From NCBI RefSeq assembly GCF_036321535.1, contig NC_087452.1:34658001-34722000 (forward strand): DNA of 64,000 bases, in the 5' to 3' direction. Below are positions 57,878 through 64,000 of this stretch, piece by piece (the first letter of the stretch is position 1; the number at the start of each line of letters is the position of its first letter). The stretch is from Camelus dromedarius. Lineage: Eukaryota. Both the position numbers and the translations under genes were made by a program. The notes under the pieces are model-generated. The model was given only the letters and a program-made list of their open reading frames with translations, did not search any database and was not told the origin of the DNA.

Positions 57878-60800
57878 TCATGTGGGGTGAGTCGTGAAGG
57901 AGCCCAGCAAGGACCTGTCCCCCAGGACAGTGGCCAAGAGAGAGGAGAAGAGACAATAGAAGGAGGGTTGTCCCAGAGGCTGACAGTGTCAGGCTGACTG
58001 GGGTGGGGTCACTGCAGAGAGGATGAGGCAGGTTGATTCTCTGACAGGTGGACAATGGGGGGCTTCCTAACAGCAGGGTCACAGGCTGCTCAGTGTCCTG
58101 GTATAGGTATGAGATGAGCGTGGGGGGAGGTGACAGTTCAGTTTTGACCCCATTGGTTCTGAAGTGCTCAGGGGGATACTGGTCCCTGTGCAGGGCACTG
58201 GGTAGTAGGTGCTGTGAGCACCCTGCCCAGATCCTGCTCACTGGGTGGTGCTCCATCCCCCAGCTGATTGCAGTGTAGGACATGGATGCTGATGGCCCCC
58301 AGGTGCCCCCTTTCCAGCTTCCTTCCCAACCTCCCCAGGAGATGCCTGGGGGGTTTTGTTCCCTCTGCCCTCAGCCTATGGCTGGTGACTGACTATGAGG
58401 GGACATCAGAGCCCAGCCCCTGCCTCAGTCACTCCTAAAGCAGGGGTGCAATTCTGGTTCCTGGGCTTTTCTAGGTGAGGCTGAAGCTGGGCTCAGAGGG
58501 AGCACCTCTCTGCTCAGCTCCTTCCTCTGCACAACCCTGCTCTCCTCCCCCTCCTGCTGACCACACCCCTCAATTAATCACATGACTCTGAATTCCCAGC
58601 TCAGGCCCTGCTTCTAGAGAACCGGCCTAGGATGGCGGTGGAGCTGTGTGGAGCCCGGCCAGCTCATCCCAGGTGGCTCGGGTGTGGGGCCTGACGTGGA
58701 GCTGAGAGAGAGGAGAGGCAGAGGTGTGCAGGGTAGGGGTGCGGGAGAGGGGTTGGGGCGGGGCAGCGCTGGCAGCCAAGGGGCCCTGAGGAGTTTACAA
58801 AGTGCTCAGAGTAGGACAGGAGGCTGAGAGCCCAGGGCGATGACTCCTAGTGGTTTCCCGGTGTTTGTGCATATGTGGAGGCCACAGATCTCATTGGGGG
58901 CAGCCTCAGAGATTTGGGGGCACAGAAGTCCCACGCAGTGAGGGGAGGAGAAGCAAGAGGTAAGGAAGAGGGGAGGCCATGAATGGGGACACACAGGGCC
59001 TTCTCCTTCCCCCAGACCCCCGCTGTGCCAGGGAGGGACACTGGGCTGTTATCAGGCAAGGTCCTTGTGGACCCAGTGCTTGACTCCCACATCTGAGGTC
59101 TCAGGAGTTAGTTTGGGCTCCACCGGGGAGACAGGGCACTGCACTTCAATCTCAGTGGGGCAGAAAAAGAGAATTCTGAGGAGTCTAGACATCTGAAAGC
59201 CATTGCTCTTCTGCCTGTGTGGCCCTGCACTGAGAACTGACCTTTCTGGGCCTCTGCCTCTTTATGTGTAATTGGGAACCACATATTTTCAGGGGTTGTC
59301 AATGGTTTAGGTAGAGAAACAAGGTCAAGGACCTCACAGGGGCTAAATCTGAATGAGGGAGGGTGAGGGAGTCAAGGAGACCATAACTAGTCTGGGTCAG
59401 TGGCAGGGCACAGAGCTGGGTCATCTATCAGAGCAGGGACCCACAGAGACACTTGGAATCCCCATCAGAGCAGAAGGAGATGAATAAAATGCAGCCCCTG
59501 CACCCACAAGACTTCTCTGAGAACAGGAACTGTCCTTTCCCTCTGCACTAGCCTTTCCCATGAGGCCATTAGAAGGTCAGCAACTGGCATAGTAGGGGGA
59601 GACCCTCCAGACTTCCTCCGATATGACTGAATGACGCCCGTGGCAGTGAGAGCTCAAAAGTCCTGTCCCCTGGCTGGTTCCCCTAGGTACCATGCCTACT
59701 GTGCCTAATGGATAAGCTGGTCCTGGGGAGGTGGTTTTCCTGGTAGCAGTGTGGGTGCCCTGCCAGGGAAATAAATGCTGCTGCTGTCTAGGGACACTGG
59801 GCACTTGCTGGAGCTGCTCTGAGATCACCCCCACTGGCCGTCTGTGGGTACTGCAGGGCAAGCAGGAGGGCTAATGCGGGGACCTGGAAGGCACTGTCCG
59901 GGGTTCTTCTTCCTGCCTTGGTGCCTTGGCCAACTGCAAGCTAGCAGCTGGGGCTTGCCTGGGAGACTCCATCCTCTCATCTCGTTTTAATTGGATCTCA
60001 CCTCTATTGAATGAGATTTTGTTAAAACTAAAATCAGTTTTCCAGAACATTGCCACCCTAAATTACTGTCAGTAAAACTGAGAACTAGCTGTTACATAGA
60101 CTTGTTCTGTGCTATGACACACGGGAAACTGAGACACAGAGAAGTTATTTCAAGCTGAGATCGTAGAGCTGGCTATTTACCCTTAAATAATTCCATTTGT
60201 CTTTCTTAAGACTAGGGGTAGCCTCTTGTATAACTACAGAGCAGTTACCAACTTTACATGTTTACATGCATGGACATTACACTTTTTCCTTCATGCTGGC
60301 CCAATCCAGTTGTGTCAGTTGATAAAGTCATGCACTTTACAGTACTTTGTCACCGTCAGTACAGAATCCAGCCTAGGGTCAGGTGTTTCAGGAATTCGTA
60401 AGTTCCTATTAGCCTCCTTTACTCTGGAACACTTCCACAGCCTTCTGAATATTTTACTCTAAACATGTTTGTGTCTGTGTGGATGTGTTTGTGTATGTGC
60501 GTATGCAGAGTGGGGTTGTTGGGTATTAAAATGTCACAGTGTCTGTAATGTGTGAGGTGTTTTGTGCAGTGTGTGAGGGTGTGGGTGTGTGCAGAGGTGT
60601 GTTTGCTTGTGTATGTGTGATGTATATGGTTCTGTGTGGGGTGTACGACTGAAGCAGAGACTGGGCTCTGATGTCCCCTCATAGTCAGTCACCACCCACA
60701 GGCTGAGGGCAGAGGGGACAAAACCCCCCAGGCATCTCCTGGGGAAGCTGGGAAGGAAGCTGGAAAGGGGGCACCTGGGGGCCATCAGCATCCATGTCCC

Positions 60801-61218
60801 ACACTGCAATCAGCTGGGGGACAGAGCACCGCCCAGTGAGCAGGATCTGGGCAGGGTGCTGACAGCACCTACTACCCATTGCCCTGCACAGGGACCAGTA
60901 TCCCTCTGAGCACTTCAGAACCAATGGGGTCAAAACTGAACTGTCACCTCCCCCCACGCTCATCTCATACCTATACCAGGACACTGAGCAGCCCGTGACC
61001 ATGCTGTCAGGAAGCCCCCCATTGTCCACCTGTCAGAGAATCAACCTGCCTCATCCTCTCTGCAGTGACCCCACCCCAGTCAGCCCGACACTGTCAGCCT
61101 CTGGGACAGCCTTAGTTCCATTGTTTCTTACCTCCTCTCCCTTTGGCCACTGCCCTGGGGATAAGTGTCCTTGCTGAGGTCCCTCACCATTCACCCAACA
61201 TGAATTCACACACACAGA

Positions 61219-61262
<44 letters not shown>
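57845..61262. repeat. Inverted repeat, arms about 57845-58430 and 60645-61262, between convergent genes 6 and 7
   Basis: Both arms give the same spurious ORF (MDNGGLP.S.VTGCSVSWYRYEMS) on opposite strands. Confidence 0.9.
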
Positions 61263-61433
61263 CATATCACAAGGCCTCCCAGATTTAAGGACACAATCTT
61301 GGTAAGTGGGAGGAGGGGAGAAAAGTGAAATTGAAGCCTGGAGGAAGTTGTTTTCACCAGAATTTATTTCTCAGAGTCTAGTAACCTGAGCCAAGACAGG
61401 AGGACCCTGAGGACTCTTTCCTGGACTCACAAT

Positions 61434-63278
61434 TCATAAAAACCAGCTGGCTATACGGATGACTGTCGGGACATACTTGATCGCCTTTCTTACTATCCTG
61501 CCCAAACCGACACTCTGGAGCTGTACATGGGAAGAAACAAGTTACTTGTGAGAAATGAACCCAGATGTAAGAACAGAATCTTTCCCATTTACACACCTCC
61601 CCTACCTGGGTGACCCCAGGGGCCTTGTGTCCCCAGTTCACCATCTGGCTGTGACCTTGGAGCATGTGGTTGAATCCCTACACCCACACACAGATGAGGA
61701 AACCAAGGTCCAGAGATGACAAGGGGCTTCCCAGGGTCACAAGCCCATCCCAGCAAAGCTTGACAGAAGCAGGGGTTGAAAGCCTTTTACTGTGGTCAAT
61801 GCCTCTTAAACTTCAGCACAGAATCCCCAGGAGGACTTCTTAAAATACAAACTGCTGAGCCCCACCCCAGACTCTAATTCAGTAGGTATGAGTGGGGCCT
61901 GAGAGTCTGCTTTTCTGACAAGCCCTGGGTGGGAAGCCCACTTAGAGAACCACTGCTCTAAGGGATTCCAGAGCCTAAGTGGGAGATCTGGGGCTACAGT
62001 GAGCGGGGTCCAGGGTACAAGGGCTTCCCCTAACCTGGATGGGACATAAGGTAATTGGTCCAAAGAATATTCCACACACCACCCCCACCAGCAGCCCCTG
62101 CAGCCCAGAAGGGGTCACTCACCTCATCACAGGTGACTGCCAATTGGCCCGTGATCTGGTCCAGGGTGACTGTCCCCAAACACTGTTTCACCACCTGGAA
62201 GGGGAGACCCCAGGTCAGACTGGAACCCCTGAGCCATAACCACCCAGCCTCACCCCAGGAGCTGCTAACCACCCCCTGAAGCCTTCTGTTAGGGTCCTGG
62301 GGAGGCACCCACCAGTGCTCCCAGATCCCAGCCTCACCCCATTCTCCTTGAAGTCACACTGCTCCGGTGGCTGCTGTGTCCTCCTGGGACACACGGTCTC
62401 CTTCACCATGAAGCTCACAGGCTTTGGGGTGTCTGGGTCCTCGTCCTGCTCAAGGATCAAAGTGGGGAGACTGGCTCAGGCTCATGCTTCTTTGTGTGAC
62501 CTGTCTCCCTGCCCCCAGCAGGACAGCCCCCTTGACAGCCCGTCCCATGTGCCTGGCCCTGGGCTGGGGGCTGGGTACAGAGGGGAGGAGGACACAGCCT
62601 GGTCCTGGGCTCCCAGGCGCACAGGGAGCAGGAGGGGACCTCAGACCCGCTCTCCTGAGGGGCACCTCCCCCTTGGAGGGGCTGAGGGAAGTCAGGGGAC
62701 ACCTGCAGGGAAAGACCTTGTCACTGGAACCCCAAGGCTGAGCACAGCCCTTCCCTGGTGGGGAGACAAAGGCGTGAACAGGGGACTGGAAGCAGGGAAG
62801 TCACATCCCAGAGCCAGTGACCCCAGCGTATCCCTGGAGCCCCCAGGAGTCCCTGGAGCCTGAGCGGGCTGTCAGGGCTCTGTTCCCACAGCAGAGATGC
62901 CAGGCAGAAGGCTCTCACAATGGGAGGGGACCCAGCACTGGGAAGATTTCTGTGACAGGTGGGATCCCACCTAGAGGGAGAGGTGCCTTCCTGACAGGAG
63001 GTACAGCACGAGCAAAGGGAGGGACAGTGTGGCCAAGCCTGGCGGGAGACGCCTCCCTCCCCAGCCCCTCCCCGACTCACAGCCTTGGGCGGCAGGTCCA
63101 GCTCCAGGAGGCGGTAGAGATTGGGGTCTGAGGACTGCTCATTGAGGCGATCCACAGCTCGAAGCACCGCCTCCCTATAGCTCAGGGCCTGGGCGCTGGC
63201 CCAAGGCACCGCTAGTCCCAGCAGCAGTAGCCACAGTGGCCAGCGGCCCAGGGAGAGGCTGGCCCTCTGGGTCTCCAT
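61434..63278 (-). CDS. CATHL: Cathelicidin gene 7 (inverted), 154-aa precursor; predicted mature [28 protein letters not shown]-29-like
   Basis: Minus-strand exons 63278-63081, 62445-62338, 62194-62123, 61520-61434 with GT-AG sites and four Cys. AATAAA (TTTATT on +) at 61363-61368. Exon 4 was translated by hand; it is absent from the ORF track. Confidence 0.95.
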
Positions 63279-63318
63279 GGTCCCCGAGTCTGCCTCCTCC
63301 CAGCCCACAGGACCCTCC

Positions 63319-63353
63319 TTTATGCTCAGCCTGGGCCTGATGCAATAGCTCAA
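63319..63353 (-). promoter_or_regulatory. Core promoter of gene 7, with variant C/EBP site (TTGAGCTAT) and intact ATTGCATCA and CATAAA
   Basis: Same spacing to the ATG as the other six genes, with one substitution in the GCAAT half-site. Confidence 0.65.
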
Positions 63354-64000
63354 GCAGGAGCCTTCCCCACCTGCCCCATCCCTGCCCCCGGCCAGGGTGT
63401 GAGCTGGACTTGCCTCAGGCCCCGCTCTTGCCTCAGGGGATTGCTGGGCAGTGGGTGAGGTCTGCCTCCTGTGCAAGGTGAAGAAATGGTTCCTCCATCT
63501 CCCTGACAACATCTTGGCCTCTCCTGGGCCCCATGGGGAGTTTCATGGGCAGGGTTGCTCCAGAAGGATGAATCCTCCAGGAGACGGAGGGAGCAGGCTG
63601 TGTCCTACACCCTCTCTGCCTCCTCACTGTGACCTCCTGAGAATCAAGCTGAAGGAGTGTATTCACCACACAACCTCCAGCTCTACACACCGCCTGGCAC
63701 CCAGTCGGTACTCAGTTAACATATGATGAACAGATGACAGCCCCACTTCCATCTTTGCCTTCCCACCCAGCTTGTCCCCAGACACCAAGGCCACACCATC
63801 CTGTTCTCTGGACCTAACCATCAGCCAGTGAGGGGCGTGACTGCATCTGTCCCCGCTCCTAGTCTTCTCTGCCTTTCTCAGAGTATAAATGTCGCATCCC
63901 TAGACCCCAAGAGAACTGGCTTGTTGCCCTAGTCCCTCCCAGCCGAGCCCGAAGAAAGGTCACGTACACTATTGACCACATTTCTTTGTCCTCTGTCACA

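Overview
Mammalian genomic DNA containing a tandem cathelicidin (antimicrobial peptide precursor) gene cluster. The species is most likely a camelid, probably alpaca, because the gene 1 peptide matches my recollection of alpaca VicBac. Seven apparently intact 4-exon genes are present: six on + (ATG at 7090, 15299, 24491, 32660, 39668, 55132) and one on - (ATG at 63278). Each has a 198/108/72-nt signal+cathelin cassette and a different exon-4 peptide. The peptides are: (1) a PR-39-like Pro/Arg 39-mer; (2) a frameshift-created hydrophobic 21-mer with a G-K amidation signal; (3) a Pro/Phe-rich 38-mer with an Arg4 tail; (4) a BMAP-34/PMAP-37-like helix; (5) a prophenin-like 118-mer with 20 FPxPx pentamers; (6) a BMAP-27/28-like helix; (7) an SMAP-29-like 24-mer. 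Two copies of a highly diverged cathelin-like pseudogene, not shown as such by the ORF track, lie on the minus strand (about 1.7-4.1 kb and 50.8-52.1 kb). A deleted class I (gamma-like) ERV (42041-48588) has divergent LTRs and no target-site duplication, and sits at a rearrangement breakpoint. The rest is segmental duplication blocks, L1, MER5A, MER45A, MIR fragments and microsatellites. All translations and coordinates were derived by hand; named-peptide comparisons come from memory, not a database search.
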